64,000 nt of DNA from Klebsiella phage NU-KP11. Below are positions 1 to 9,098 of the stretch, piece by piece (positions within the stretch are counted from its first letter, which is position 1; the number at the start of each line of letters is the position of its first letter). A program made the translations under genes and the position numbers. The stretch lies in sequence record OR644643.1, one strand, 5' to 3'. The notes under the pieces are model-generated. The model was not told the origin of the DNA. It was given only the letters and a program-made list of their open reading frames with translations, and ran no database searches.

Positions 1-425
1 ATAACGGTGTTCGTCAATGGTCGCCTCCCCAGAAAAAATGGGTAACGCCTAAGTACGGTTCACCACGTAACGATCTGCGATACAAAAATATCAAAGGCGA
101 TAAAAAAGATAGTATCGCTTGCATTAAAATTAGAAATGATTATATTGTGACGAAGGTTGAAGGTGAACGCGCCCCAGCGGTAAAATCCTCTGAGTTAGAG
201 GCATGGCTGGAGGCAGACGATCCTACAACATTGATGACCCCTGAATGGGCCGCACGTTACAAAGAAAATGAGGAACTACGCGATTTCGAATTTATACCAA
301 AAGATATTGAAAATTCGATTATTGAAGCGTATAATACTCCAAAATCCGGAAGTAAAGCCAAAATGGAACGTTACTTCATGGATAACAAACTTTCCCGTAT
401 GTTCGAAAAACTGAGTGATTTTTGA
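1..425 (+). CDS. rnh: RNase H (T4 rnh-like 5'-3' exonuclease), C-terminal portion; gene starts upstream of window
   Basis: Frame 3 is open from the window edge. Translation KGDKKDSIACIKIRNDYIVTKVEGER...KMERYFMDNKLSRMFEKLSDF aligns with the C-terminus of T4 RNase H. It is followed by dsbA-33-59-32 as in T4. Confidence 0.7.
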   Translation, partial: NGVRQWSPPQKKWVTPKYGSPRNDLRYKNIKGDKKDSIACIKIRNDYIVTKVEGERAPAVKSSELEAWLEADDPTTLMTPEWAARYKENEELRDFEFIPKDIENSIIEAYNTPKSGSKAKMERYFMDNKLSRMFEKLSDF

Positions 426-434
426 GGTAACAAA

Positions 435-698
435 ATGAGTGTAGAATTTTTACAAACAAACCCTGATGTAGCAAAACAGGTAAAAGAACTGATCAAAGAA
501 GCATCCAACGTGAAAACTCAAGTTGAGATCTTCAACGGCACGTTCAAGGATATCAAATCCAAAGCAAAAACTGATTTCGGTATCGATGGAAAAACCTTCG
601 GGAAACTGTTCAAACTGTATCACGAACAGGCCCGTACCGCTTTCGAAGAAGAAAACAACGAACTGATCGAACTGTATGATATGATCGATAAGGCGTAA
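435..698 (+). CDS. dsbA: dsDNA-binding protein DsbA (late transcription accessory)
   Basis: 87 aa. KTFGKLFKLYHEQARTAFEEENNELIELYD matches T4 DsbA (GKMFNRLLALYHKDN...ELYD). It sits between rnh and 33. Confidence 0.75.
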   Translation: MSVEFLQTNPDVAKQVKELIKEASNVKTQVEIFNGTFKDIKSKAKTDFGIDGKTFGKLFKLYHEQARTAFEEENNELIELYDMIDKA

Positions 699-701
699 AG
701 C

Positions 702-947
702 ATGATCGGAAATAAGACCGAAGTCGGTTTGTATATCGAAAATCTGGTTGCCTCTGAGGGGGCAACCTACATGGAAGCAACGCTACAATGGATGGATGAA
801 AATTCTATTGATTATGCGATGCTGAATAAAACGGTTCCTCGCGCGATCCTTGATAAGATTAGCGACGAAGCGATCAAAGGGAACATGCTTCGCCCATCGG
901 TTGCGCTTGAACATAGTTCATCAACCACTCTGGACGGCTTCATGTGA
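702..947 (+). CDS. 33: late transcription coactivator gp33
   Basis: 81 aa. YMEATLQWMDENSI and NMLRPSVA match T4 gp33 (YLEATTAFLEENSI, NLLRPSVV). Confidence 0.8.
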   Translation: MIGNKTEVGLYIENLVASEGATYMEATLQWMDENSIDYAMLNKTVPRAILDKISDEAIKGNMLRPSVALEHSSSTTLDGFM

Positions 948-1603
948 GATTCAAAGCTCCGTTTGCTGATAGCGAGGCGAATTCACGGCTTGTGCCTTTG
1001 TCTGTATACAAGTTATATCTGGCGATGAAAACTCATTTCCAGGGGCGTTTTGATGTCCTTCAATACAACTGGCAGATCAAAGTTAGTGAAAACGCCTTTA
1101 ACAAGCGAAAGGATAGATATTTCTTTGTAAAATTAGCTCAACGCTTTACATTCAAAGAAATCTATTTTATATTCCTCTCCAACTTCGTAGCCAATCCGGA
1201 TTTCTGGGTAGGCGATGTTGATGAAGATAGTATTGTCTTTTACAGGCAGTACATAGGAAAGTTACAAAGACTAGATAACGTGTTTGTGGATGACGTTAAA
1301 AACGTGTACGAATTCGCCAAAATGAAAGAGATCCCCGTGTCTCTGGTGTTCAAGTACAGCGAAAAATCATCAACGTCCTACATAAGCAAACTTGTCCTGT
1401 CAAATGTGATATCTTACGAATCGTTTTTGATTTTTGACTCATTTTTAGGTATCATAAATAAACACGATCAAGTAGCTGATGATATTATTTGGTCTGACTT
1501 TAGCATTAAGTTAAAGGCATACAGAAAAATATTTGACCTTACTGAAAAAGATATCATAAAATATCGAAACTTAATGAAACAAACGTTAATCAAACTAAAC
1601 TAA
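944..1603 (+). CDS. 59: gp59 helicase loader (gp41 loading protein)
   Basis: 219 aa. SVYKLYLAMK, YNWQIKVSENAFNKRKDRYFF, FIFLSNFVANPDFWVGD and IKLKAYRKIF match T4 gp59 throughout. The start is GTG at 944 overlapping the gp33 stop; the first in-frame ATG (1025) would remove conserved residues. Confidence 0.85.
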   Translation: MRFKAPFADSEANSRLVPLSVYKLYLAMKTHFQGRFDVLQYNWQIKVSENAFNKRKDRYFFVKLAQRFTFKEIYFIFLSNFVANPDFWVGDVDEDSIVFYRQYIGKLQRLDNVFVDDVKNVYEFAKMKEIPVSLVFKYSEKSSTSYISKLVLSNVISYESFLIFDSFLGIINKHDQVADDIIWSDFSIKLKAYRKIFDLTEKDIIKYRNLMKQTLIKLN

Positions 1604-1618
1604 ACGAGAAAACAGAAT

Positions 1619-2590
1619 ATGAGCAGCATTTTTAAACGTCAAGATCCCGCTAAACTCCAGGCACAGGTAGCAAATCTGAAAGGTGGTTCCGGCTTCCAGA
1701 AAGATGAGAAAGAATGGAAACTGACCCTGGACGCACAGAAAAACGGTTCCGCCGTTATTCGATTCCTCCCAGCACGTTCCGATGATGAACTGGCGTTCGT
1801 CCGTATCGTGAGCCACTCTTTCAAGAAAAACAACCAGTGGTATATTGAGAACTGTTCCTCTACCCACGGCGATTATGACGGCTGTCCTGCATGTAAGTAC
1901 ATTTCCGAAAACGATCTGTATGAGAAGGCTAAAGCCAACAAAAACGGGCCAGAAGATAAGCTACTGAGCCAGATCGGTCGTAAACAAAGTTTCTGGGCTA
2001 ACGTCCTGATCGTTAAAGACCCAGGCGCTCCAGAAAACGAAGGTAAGGTGTTCAAATACCGCTTCGGTAAGAAAATCATGGACAAGATCACCGCCGCAAT
2101 TAACGGTAATCCAGAACTTGATGAACCGGGTATTGCTGTAACCTGTCCGTTTGATGGTGCTAACTTCACCCTGAAAGCGAAAAAAGTTGGTGATTGGCCT
2201 AACTATGACGATAGCTCGTTTGGTGTTCCGGCTAAGATCAAAAACATCGACGATGAAGAAGTTCAGAAAGCAATTTTCGAAGGTATGAGCGATCTTCGCC
2301 CAATCACTGCCGAAAGCGAATTCAAACCGCTGGCTGACCTGACTACTCGCTTCAATAAAGTTATGGGTAGTTCGATTGGTTCTGCTGGTTCCAGCGCTTC
2401 CGCTGACCTTGATAGCGAACTGAGCAACTTCGATAACGAAATGGCTAAGTTTGACAATCAGACATCTGATGTGAAATCATCTGGTGGTGTTGCATCGGTT
2501 CCGGTAGGCGAAGATGACGGCGTACCGTTCGACCTGGATGATTCTGATAGCTCCGGTGATGACGACCTGGATAAACTGTTAGACATGTAA
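1619..2590 (+). CDS. 32: single-stranded DNA-binding protein gp32
   Basis: 323 aa. EWKLTLDAQKNGSAVIRFLPA, YIENCSSTHGDYD, KDPGAPENEGKVFKYRFGKKI and an acidic Ser/Asp-rich C-tail match T4 gp32. Confidence 0.95.
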   Translation: MSSIFKRQDPAKLQAQVANLKGGSGFQKDEKEWKLTLDAQKNGSAVIRFLPARSDDELAFVRIVSHSFKKNNQWYIENCSSTHGDYDGCPACKYISENDLYEKAKANKNGPEDKLLSQIGRKQSFWANVLIVKDPGAPENEGKVFKYRFGKKIMDKITAAINGNPELDEPGIAVTCPFDGANFTLKAKKVGDWPNYDDSSFGVPAKIKNIDDEEVQKAIFEGMSDLRPITAESEFKPLADLTTRFNKVMGSSIGSAGSSASADLDSELSNFDNEMAKFDNQTSDVKSSGGVASVPVGEDDGVPFDLDDSDSSGDDDLDKLLDM

Positions 2591-2595
2591 TACAA

Positions 2596-2616
2596 GCGGG
2601 GGCTTCGGCCCCCACT
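2596..2616 (+). terminator. UUCG-tetraloop GC hairpin after gene 32
   Basis: gcgggggcttcggcccccac directly after the stop; weak U-tract. Confidence 0.45.
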
Positions 2617-2645
2617 CAAAGAATTCTAAGTTAGAGAAGAAATAT

Positions 2646-2915
2646 ATGAATGAAAGTAATGTTTTTGTTGACTACATGAACCGCGTCCGTAAATCTTGGG
2701 TTGCTAAACTCTCGGACGAAACAAAAGAACTGTTTAAAGCTATGCCTCAAGAGGAACGTTTTAAACACTATCGTGACATTGATGAAAAAGTGGTTGCGGA
2801 ACATCGTAAACTTACCAGCGAACGCCGCGAAGATCCGAAGCGTACAACCGTTAAAGAAATGGCTGATATGCTTGACACAGCAGCGGAAACCGTTGTAAAA
2901 TCACTTATTAAGTAA
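2646..2915 (+). CDS. hypothetical protein (89 aa) between genes 32 and 45
   Basis: ORF with an RBS-like gagaagaaatat upstream. No recognisable family. Confidence 0.5.
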   Translation: MNESNVFVDYMNRVRKSWVAKLSDETKELFKAMPQEERFKHYRDIDEKVVAEHRKLTSERREDPKRTTVKEMADMLDTAAETVVKSLIK

Positions 2916-2941
2916 CACTTATTGAAAACTAAAGGCTGAAT

Positions 2942-3607
2942 ATGAAATTCTCTAAACAAACTATTGATATCCTGAAAAACTTTTCTCAAATCAACTCTTC
3001 GATCATGCTGACCAAAGGTTCATTCATCATGACGAAATCAATCAACAGCGTTGTATACGCAGAAGCTGAAATTGCTGATGTGATTGATGAAGATGTTGGT
3101 ATCTACGATCTCAACTCATTCCTGAACATGCTGAACATCGTCGGCACTGACGCGGAAATCACTCATGATATTTCCACTGGTGAAATCGTGATTCGCGGCG
3201 ACAAGATGAAGATCATCGAACGTTCAGCAGACGCAACAACGATCCCGAAACCGAAAAAACGTCTGGTGATGCCAGTAGCAGATCTGATTTTCCAGATTAC
3301 CGCTAACGATTTCGAAAAACTGATCAAAGCGTCTCGCATGATGAAACTGACCGACCTGTCCGTTGAACCGATTGATGGTAAACTGGTCATCACCGCGAAA
3401 AGCAAAGAAAGTCAATCAACTTTCTCCGTTGAAGTCGGTGAGTATGAAGGCGACAATGTTTTCAATTTCGATATGAAGATTGATAACATGCAGTTCATCA
3501 ACAGCGATTACAAAGTAGAGATTTCCTCCAAAGGGGCTGCAAAATTCTCTTCTGATAACGGCGTTGCTTACGTCGTTGTACTTGAAGCAAGTAGCACATT
3601 CAAGTAA
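2942..3607 (+). CDS. 45: sliding clamp gp45
   Basis: 221 aa. MKFSKQTIDILKNFSQINSSIML, DVGIYDLNSFL, GEYEGDNVFNF and KGAAKFSSDNG...VVVLEASS match T4 gp45. Confidence 0.93.
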   Translation: MKFSKQTIDILKNFSQINSSIMLTKGSFIMTKSINSVVYAEAEIADVIDEDVGIYDLNSFLNMLNIVGTDAEITHDISTGEIVIRGDKMKIIERSADATTIPKPKKRLVMPVADLIFQITANDFEKLIKASRMMKLTDLSVEPIDGKLVITAKSKESQSTFSVEVGEYEGDNVFNFDMKIDNMQFINSDYKVEISSKGAAKFSSDNGVAYVVVLEASSTFK

Positions 3608-3616
3608 GATAGTTTT

Positions 3617-3641
3617 AAGGGGCTACGGCCCCTTTCTTTTA
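3617..3641 (+). terminator. rho-independent terminator after gene 45
   Basis: aaggggctacggcccctttctttt. Confidence 0.6.
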
Positions 3642-3665
3642 CACCATTTATTTTGAAGGTATATT

Positions 3666-4664
3666 ATGGAACTTAGTGAAAATATTGAAATCATCGAAAC
3701 CAAATACGGTAAAATCTCCCGATCTCCTGATGAATTTGCATGGGATCAGCGCTATCGCCCAACAACGATTGAAGAGTGTATTTTACCTTCTGGTGACAAA
3801 GCCGCTATGCGGGGCATAATCAAATCTGGGCGTGTTGAGAACATGACCCTTGTATCTGATTCCCCTGGCACTGGTAAAACGACCCTCGCGCTTGTGTTGG
3901 CCCGTGAGGTTGATGCTGAGGTGTTCTTTGTCAACGGTTCGAACTGTGGTGTAAACTTCATTCGTAATGAACTGGATCGTTTTGCTTCATCAATGACGCA
4001 GAAACCAGGCGGAAAGATCATCATCATTGATGAATTCGATCGTTCTGGTATGGCGGAAGCACAGAAACACTTGCGTAGCTTTATCGAAGCATACAGTAAA
4101 AACGTTTCTGTTATTGTAACAGCGAACAACATTAACGGTGTGCATAGTGCTCTGCTTTCTCGTTGCCCTCCTGTTAAATTCGGTGTTCCGTCTGATGCTG
4201 AACGTATCGAACTGATGAAACAGTTAATCAAGCGTTGTTTCGGTATCCTTGAAATCGAGAATATCAAGTATGATCCTAAAGTCATTGCAGCGTTTGTTAA
4301 AGAGCATTATCCGGATGCGCGTTCTATTATCAAAGCGATCGGGTTCTACTCGAAACGTGGTGAAATTGATGCGGGGATCCTAAATGAGATCGTTGGTTCT
4401 GATGTGTCTCATATCATTACCCTGTTGAAAGAAAAGAACTATAAAGGGTTGCGCTCTGAGGTTATTAAATATGCGTCAGAATACGATACCTTTATCGGAA
4501 AATTGACTGATACGATTTACCCTATCGTGAATCAGGATTCGAAAATCGCACTGATCCAGATTGTAGGCGAAAACAACGCGCAATACGGGCTGGCAATGAA
4601 TAAAGAAATTCATCTGCAATATCTGTTGATGAACCTGATGCTTTCTATGGTCTGGGAGGCGTAA
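3666..4664 (+). CDS. 44: clamp loader large subunit gp44 (AAA+)
   Basis: 332 aa. Walker A SPGTGKTT and Walker B IIIDEFD. Position 45-44-62-regA-43 as in T4. Confidence 0.9.
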   Translation: MELSENIEIIETKYGKISRSPDEFAWDQRYRPTTIEECILPSGDKAAMRGIIKSGRVENMTLVSDSPGTGKTTLALVLAREVDAEVFFVNGSNCGVNFIRNELDRFASSMTQKPGGKIIIIDEFDRSGMAEAQKHLRSFIEAYSKNVSVIVTANNINGVHSALLSRCPPVKFGVPSDAERIELMKQLIKRCFGILEIENIKYDPKVIAAFVKEHYPDARSIIKAIGFYSKRGEIDAGILNEIVGSDVSHIITLLKEKNYKGLRSEVIKYASEYDTFIGKLTDTIYPIVNQDSKIALIQIVGENNAQYGLAMNKEIHLQYLLMNLMLSMVWEA

Positions 4665-4666
4665 TC

Positions 4667-5230
4667 ATGAGCCTGGCGGAATTTCTGGATGAAGAAGAGT
4701 TATCCCCGCATGAATCCGCTTGGCTTTCTAAAGATTGGGATAAGGTTGAAGAACTGGTCAAAGAGTACGGCAAGGATAAAGAAAACACCTTGTTTAACAT
4801 CATAGACGAAATCAACAACGGTAAAACGCCGTTGGTTATCGATGAAGTGTATGATAAGTACTTTGTAGACAACGCAATGAGCCAGCACATAGACACGATA
4901 TACAACGCGTATGTGATGAATCTGGTAGGCGGTAGTATCTCTGACCAAATGCACTATAACTATTATCTCAACTCTGTTAGGAAGGCTAAACGCTTCGGTG
5001 CATGGGCTAAACTATCGGAAGATTTTGAAGAGAAAATTATTATCGAAATCCTTCGCGAAAAATACAGTGTAAATACACGTACAGCGATGGAATATTTGCA
5101 GGAACTTAAAGACCTCGGAATGTTCGAGGATTGGAAAAGAAAACACGCAAAGGTCGCTCTGTCTTTGTTGGGTATTGTGAAAAACAAAGCTGAACAAAAG
5201 AAATTGGAAAAATTGATTAAACAATGGTGA
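4667..5230 (+). CDS. 62: clamp loader small subunit gp62
   Basis: 187 aa ORF whose ATGA start overlaps the gp44 stop. Syntenic position between 44 and regA. Confidence 0.75.
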   Translation: MSLAEFLDEEELSPHESAWLSKDWDKVEELVKEYGKDKENTLFNIIDEINNGKTPLVIDEVYDKYFVDNAMSQHIDTIYNAYVMNLVGGSISDQMHYNYYLNSVRKAKRFGAWAKLSEDFEEKIIIEILREKYSVNTRTAMEYLQELKDLGMFEDWKRKHAKVALSLLGIVKNKAEQKKLEKLIKQW

Positions 5231-5233
5231 TGT

Positions 5234-5596
5234 ATGTTAGAAATTCAACTAATCAGCGACGATTCTTTTTTAAAGATCCGTGAAACGCTAACCCGTATTG
5301 GTATTGCAAACAACAAAAAGAAAATGCTCTGGCAATCGTGCCACATTCTGAAAAAGCAAGGTAAGTATTTTATCGTGCATTTTAAAGAACTGTTGAAACT
5401 CGATGGTCGTCAAGTCGATATGACGGAAGAAGACGAACTACGCCGGAACAACATTGCGCGACTTCTCGAAGAGTGGGGCATGGTTAAGATCGTAACCCCT
5501 GGGTTGAAGTTTGCAGAAGAAAACAACTTCCGCGTACTGACTCACTCGCAAAAAGCAGATTGGATCCTCAAGTACAAGTACCGGATCGGTCACTAA
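5234..5596 (+). CDS. regA: translational repressor RegA
   Basis: 120 aa. FLKIRETLTRIGIANNKKKMLWQSCHILKKQGKYFIVHFKELLKLDGRQVDMTEEDE and NNFRVLTH match T4 RegA almost collinearly. Confidence 0.93.
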   Translation: MLEIQLISDDSFLKIRETLTRIGIANNKKKMLWQSCHILKKQGKYFIVHFKELLKLDGRQVDMTEEDELRRNNIARLLEEWGMVKIVTPGLKFAEENNFRVLTHSQKADWILKYKYRIGH

Positions 5597-5600
5597 TCAA

Positions 5601-5636
5601 AAAGCCCTTGCATTCTTGCAGGGGCTTTGTTATATT
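5601..5636 (+). promoter_or_regulatory. fused terminator hairpin / sigma70-like early promoter module
   Basis: aaagcccttgcattcttgcaggggctttgttatatt. The -35 TTGCAT lies inside the hairpin, then a 17-nt spacer and extended -10 TGtTATATT. Confidence 0.6.
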
Positions 5637-5664
5637 GGGTGTACACCATTGAGAGGGATATATT

Positions 5665-5952
5665 ATGACTATTAACGAAATCATGGATTCAATCAAATCC
5701 AACGAAACTTTGATCATCCCGATTGTAAAAGATGACATCTTGTTATCGTTAACTTGCAATCTGTCAGATACCCGCACTTACAGCTATGCACAACACTACT
5801 TTCCTGGATTTTACGATCGTAACATTTCAGAGTACACGTTGTTATGCAATCAAGTTGAAACCACTCATTTCTATGAGCGTATTAAAAAATCTCTGGACTT
5901 GATCCAACAAGCAAAAGAAGTCTTTATGAAAAGAATGGAGGACGCGCAATGA
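5665..5952 (+). CDS. hypothetical protein (95 aa)
   Basis: ORF preceded by the promoter module at 5601-5636 and an RBS gagagggatat. Confidence 0.5.
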   Translation: MTINEIMDSIKSNETLIIPIVKDDILLSLTCNLSDTRTYSYAQHYFPGFYDRNISEYTLLCNQVETTHFYERIKKSLDLIQQAKEVFMKRMEDAQ

Positions 5953-6278
5953 TCCGCACTTACATGAATAAAATTTTCGCGGCCCGTATGGATAACGTTA
6001 TTGATCAACGTGCTTATGATGATCTGGTTTCCCTTGCAACCTGTCAACTGGATGAACATACAGTAACGGAAAGGAAACTACTGGTTAACAAAGCTATCAT
6101 GATGGTTAATCAGGGCATTGCAGAAGCAAAATATCATAGTATCAATTCCAGTATTTTTAGCATGTTATTCGACGGGTTTAAACTTGAACGCCAGCTTGTT
6201 CAACTGAGAAAGATCCGTGACTTGTTAGCAGAAGGTTTGTTGGTTTTAGAACATCGAGTAAACTTGAATTTGCTGTAG
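5949..6278 (+). CDS. hypothetical protein (109 aa)
   Basis: ORF whose ATGA start overlaps the upstream stop. Confidence 0.45.
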   Translation: MIRTYMNKIFAARMDNVIDQRAYDDLVSLATCQLDEHTVTERKLLVNKAIMMVNQGIAEAKYHSINSSIFSMLFDGFKLERQLVQLRKIRDLLAEGLLVLEHRVNLNLL

Positions 6279-6324
6279 GTGGTGTTACAATGGAACATTA
6301 TATTAATGGAGAAGACAAGATCCA

Positions 6325-9024
6325 ATGAATGAATTTTACCTATCAGTTGAACAAATGGGAGATACCATTTATGAGCGCTTCGTTGACTCTAACGGCACCG
6401 AACAGGTACGTAAGACGAAATATGCGCCCGTAATGTATCAACACGCTATGAATGGCGTAGAAACCCCATACAAAGACATTTACGGCAAGCCTTGCCTCAA
6501 AAAACAGTTTGACAGCATCAAAGAAGCTAAAAATTGGATGCAGCGTATGCGCGATGTTGGGATGGAAGCGCTAGGTATGGACGATTACCGACTGGCTTAC
6601 ATTTCTGACATGTACCGGAATGAAATCGAATACAACCGCGAACACATTCGCATTGCTTCTATCGATATCGAGGTGACCGCTCCAGAATTTCCGGATCCGC
6701 GTGAAGCAAAATATCCAATCGATGCGATCACCCATTACGATAGCATTGAAGATAAATTCTATGTATACGATCTGGTTGAGGGTGGCCTTGCGGAATGGTG
6801 CGCGGCAAACGTTGATCGCAAAGACATTAGCGAAGAAGATTTAAACAAAATTGTTTATCGGTCTTTCCAGACCGAGAAGTCGTTATTGTCTGCGTATATC
6901 AAAGATTGGAAAGAGCGAACCCCTGTTATTGTAACCGGATGGAACTCTGACAAATTCGATATTGCATATATCATCACGCGATACCTGAACATTTTCGGTC
7001 AAAACGTGGTAAGGCATTTTAGCCCGTTTGGTAAAGTAACCGCCAGAACCACTACTGACGCTTACGGCAACGAACAATTAGGATATGATATTTCCGGCGT
7101 TGCTCAAATGGATGGTATGGCGCTGTATAAGAAATTCAGCTTTACCCCGCAACCGTCTTACCGTCTGGACGCGATCGCGGAATACGAAACTGGTAAAAAT
7201 AAAGTTGAGTATGAAGGTTCCCTGTCTGAACTACGCCAGCGCGATCACCAACTGTACATCACGTACAACATTGTTGACGTTATCCGCGTACTTGATATCG
7301 ACGGTAAACGAAACTTTATTGAACTGGTTCTGTCTGTAGCGTACTATGCAAAAATTAACTTCCCAGGGGTTATGTCTCCGCTGAAAACGTGGGACGCGAT
7401 CATTTATAACTCTCTGCGTGAAGATAAGGTTGTTATTCCGGAAAACAGACGCCATACTAAAACCCCTTACCCTGGGGCATTTGTGAAGGATCCGGTTCCT
7501 GGGCCTTACAAATACATGGTATCGTTTGACTTAACAAGCCTGTACCCTTCCATCATCCGACAGGTGAATATAAGCCCTGAAACGATTATGGGAAGTTTTG
7601 CGGTACGTGCTCTTGAAGAGTATATTAATAAGACCGCGCCGCGCCCTAGCGATGAATTTAGCTGTTCTCCTAACGGGTGGATGTTCCGCCGTGATATCAA
7701 AGGCGTGATCCCAGTAGAGATCAAGAAAGTATTTGATCAGCGTAAGATGTGGAAAAAACGAATGATGGCGGGTGAGCGAAATCTTGAACTCATCAAGCAC
7801 GAACTCGAACACTTAACAGACGCGCATAACCAAATGGTTGATCCTGACTTTGATTTCTATACAGATTTCAGTGATGAATCTAAAGCAGTTCTGAAAACTC
7901 TTACAAAACAAATGCTTAAAGCAGTTAAGCGCGTATGTGAGAAGAAGATCGCACAAGCGAACACAGCACAACTTAACCGTAAGATTTCTATCAACTCCCT
8001 TTATGGTGCGTTGGGTAATGAACACTTCCGATACTTCGATCTACGAAACGCCAGCGCGATCACCATGTTCGGGCAGTTGGCTATCCAGTGGATTGAACGT
8101 AAGGTAAACGAATACCTTAACGACCTGTGCGGTACTACGGATCATGCATATGTGCGGTACTGTGATACTGACTCAATTTATGTTTGCATGGATAACGTGA
8201 TTGCAAAAGTTGGTGGTGAGGCTAAATTTAAGGATAATAACCATTGGGTTGACTTCCTGGATCGCTTTGCTAAAGAAAGAATGGAACCGATGATCGATAA
8301 AGGGTATCGTGAACTTTGCGAATACATGAACAACGTAGAACACCTGATGTTTATGGATCGTGAAATCATTTCTGGGCCTCCGTTGGGTTCCGAAGGGTTG
8401 GGAAGTTTCTGGACTGCTAAAAAACGATATGCGGCTAACGTGTGGGACTCCGAAGGAACCCGCTATGAAAAACCGAAACTGAAAATCATGGGTATGGAAA
8501 CACAGCGATCGAGTACTCCGACCTCTGTGAAAGTATTCCTGAAAGAAGCGATCCGCCGTATCCTGCAAGAAGGTGAATTATCTTTGCACGAACATTATAA
8601 AAAGTTCGAAGAAGAATATAAGGCACTTGACTACAGGGAAATTGCTGGTGTATCATCTGCCAACAACATTTCGAAATATCGTGATGGGGCTGGCTATCCA
8701 ATCAAGGGAACACCAAACCATATTAAAGGGGTGTTGTTCTTTAACCGTTTCACTGCTGGTATTGATGGTGTTACACCAATCATGGAAGGTGAAAAGGTAA
8801 TGGTTCTACCACTAAGGGATAAAAACCCGTGGCAAGCCGATTGCATCGCGTGGCAATCCGGAAATAAACTACCGTCAGAGATCGAAAGTGATATTCTGGC
8901 ATGGGTAGATTATCCGGGTATGTTTGAAAAACATGTTATTAGTCCATTGACTAATATCACGGAAGTATGTAAAATTGATTATGAAAAACGTGCCAGTTTA
9001 AACGATCTGTTCGGTGACTGGTAA
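6325..9024 (+). CDS. 43: DNA polymerase gp43 (family B)
   Basis: 899 aa. Exo motifs IASIDIEV and YNIVDV; polymerase motifs DLTSLYPSII, KISINSLYG and YCDTDS. Confidence 0.95.
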   Translation: MNEFYLSVEQMGDTIYERFVDSNGTEQVRKTKYAPVMYQHAMNGVETPYKDIYGKPCLKKQFDSIKEAKNWMQRMRDVGMEALGMDDYRLAYISDMYRNEIEYNREHIRIASIDIEVTAPEFPDPREAKYPIDAITHYDSIEDKFYVYDLVEGGLAEWCAANVDRKDISEEDLNKIVYRSFQTEKSLLSAYIKDWKERTPVIVTGWNSDKFDIAYIITRYLNIFGQNVVRHFSPFGKVTARTTTDAYGNEQLGYDISGVAQMDGMALYKKFSFTPQPSYRLDAIAEYETGKNKVEYEGSLSELRQRDHQLYITYNIVDVIRVLDIDGKRNFIELVLSVAYYAKINFPGVMSPLKTWDAIIYNSLREDKVVIPENRRHTKTPYPGAFVKDPVPGPYKYMVSFDLTSLYPSIIRQVNISPETIMGSFAVRALEEYINKTAPRPSDEFSCSPNGWMFRRDIKGVIPVEIKKVFDQRKMWKKRMMAGERNLELIKHELEHLTDAHNQMVDPDFDFYTDFSDESKAVLKTLTKQMLKAVKRVCEKKIAQANTAQLNRKISINSLYGALGNEHFRYFDLRNASAITMFGQLAIQWIERKVNEYLNDLCGTTDHAYVRYCDTDSIYVCMDNVIAKVGGEAKFKDNNHWVDFLDRFAKERMEPMIDKGYRELCEYMNNVEHLMFMDREIISGPPLGSEGLGSFWTAKKRYAANVWDSEGTRYEKPKLKIMGMETQRSSTPTSVKVFLKEAIRRILQEGELSLHEHYKKFEEEYKALDYREIAGVSSANNISKYRDGAGYPIKGTPNHIKGVLFFNRFTAGIDGVTPIMEGEKVMVLPLRDKNPWQADCIAWQSGNKLPSEIESDILAWVDYPGMFEKHVISPLTNITEVCKIDYEKRASLNDLFGDW

Positions 9025-9028
9025 ACTC

Positions 9029-9047
9029 TAGGGGCTTCGGCCCCTTT
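9029..9047 (+). terminator. terminator hairpin after gene 43
   Basis: taggggcttcggccccttt. Confidence 0.6.
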
Positions 9048-9098
9048 CATTAACTAGTGAGATATATAGAATGAGAATGAATAAATCGGAAAAATTAA

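Noticed and set aside
3752-4285. 177-aa minus-strand ORF inside gene 44
   Set aside because: It is antisense to a conserved AAA+ clamp-loader gene. No RBS, and the product is Ser/Arg-rich junk.
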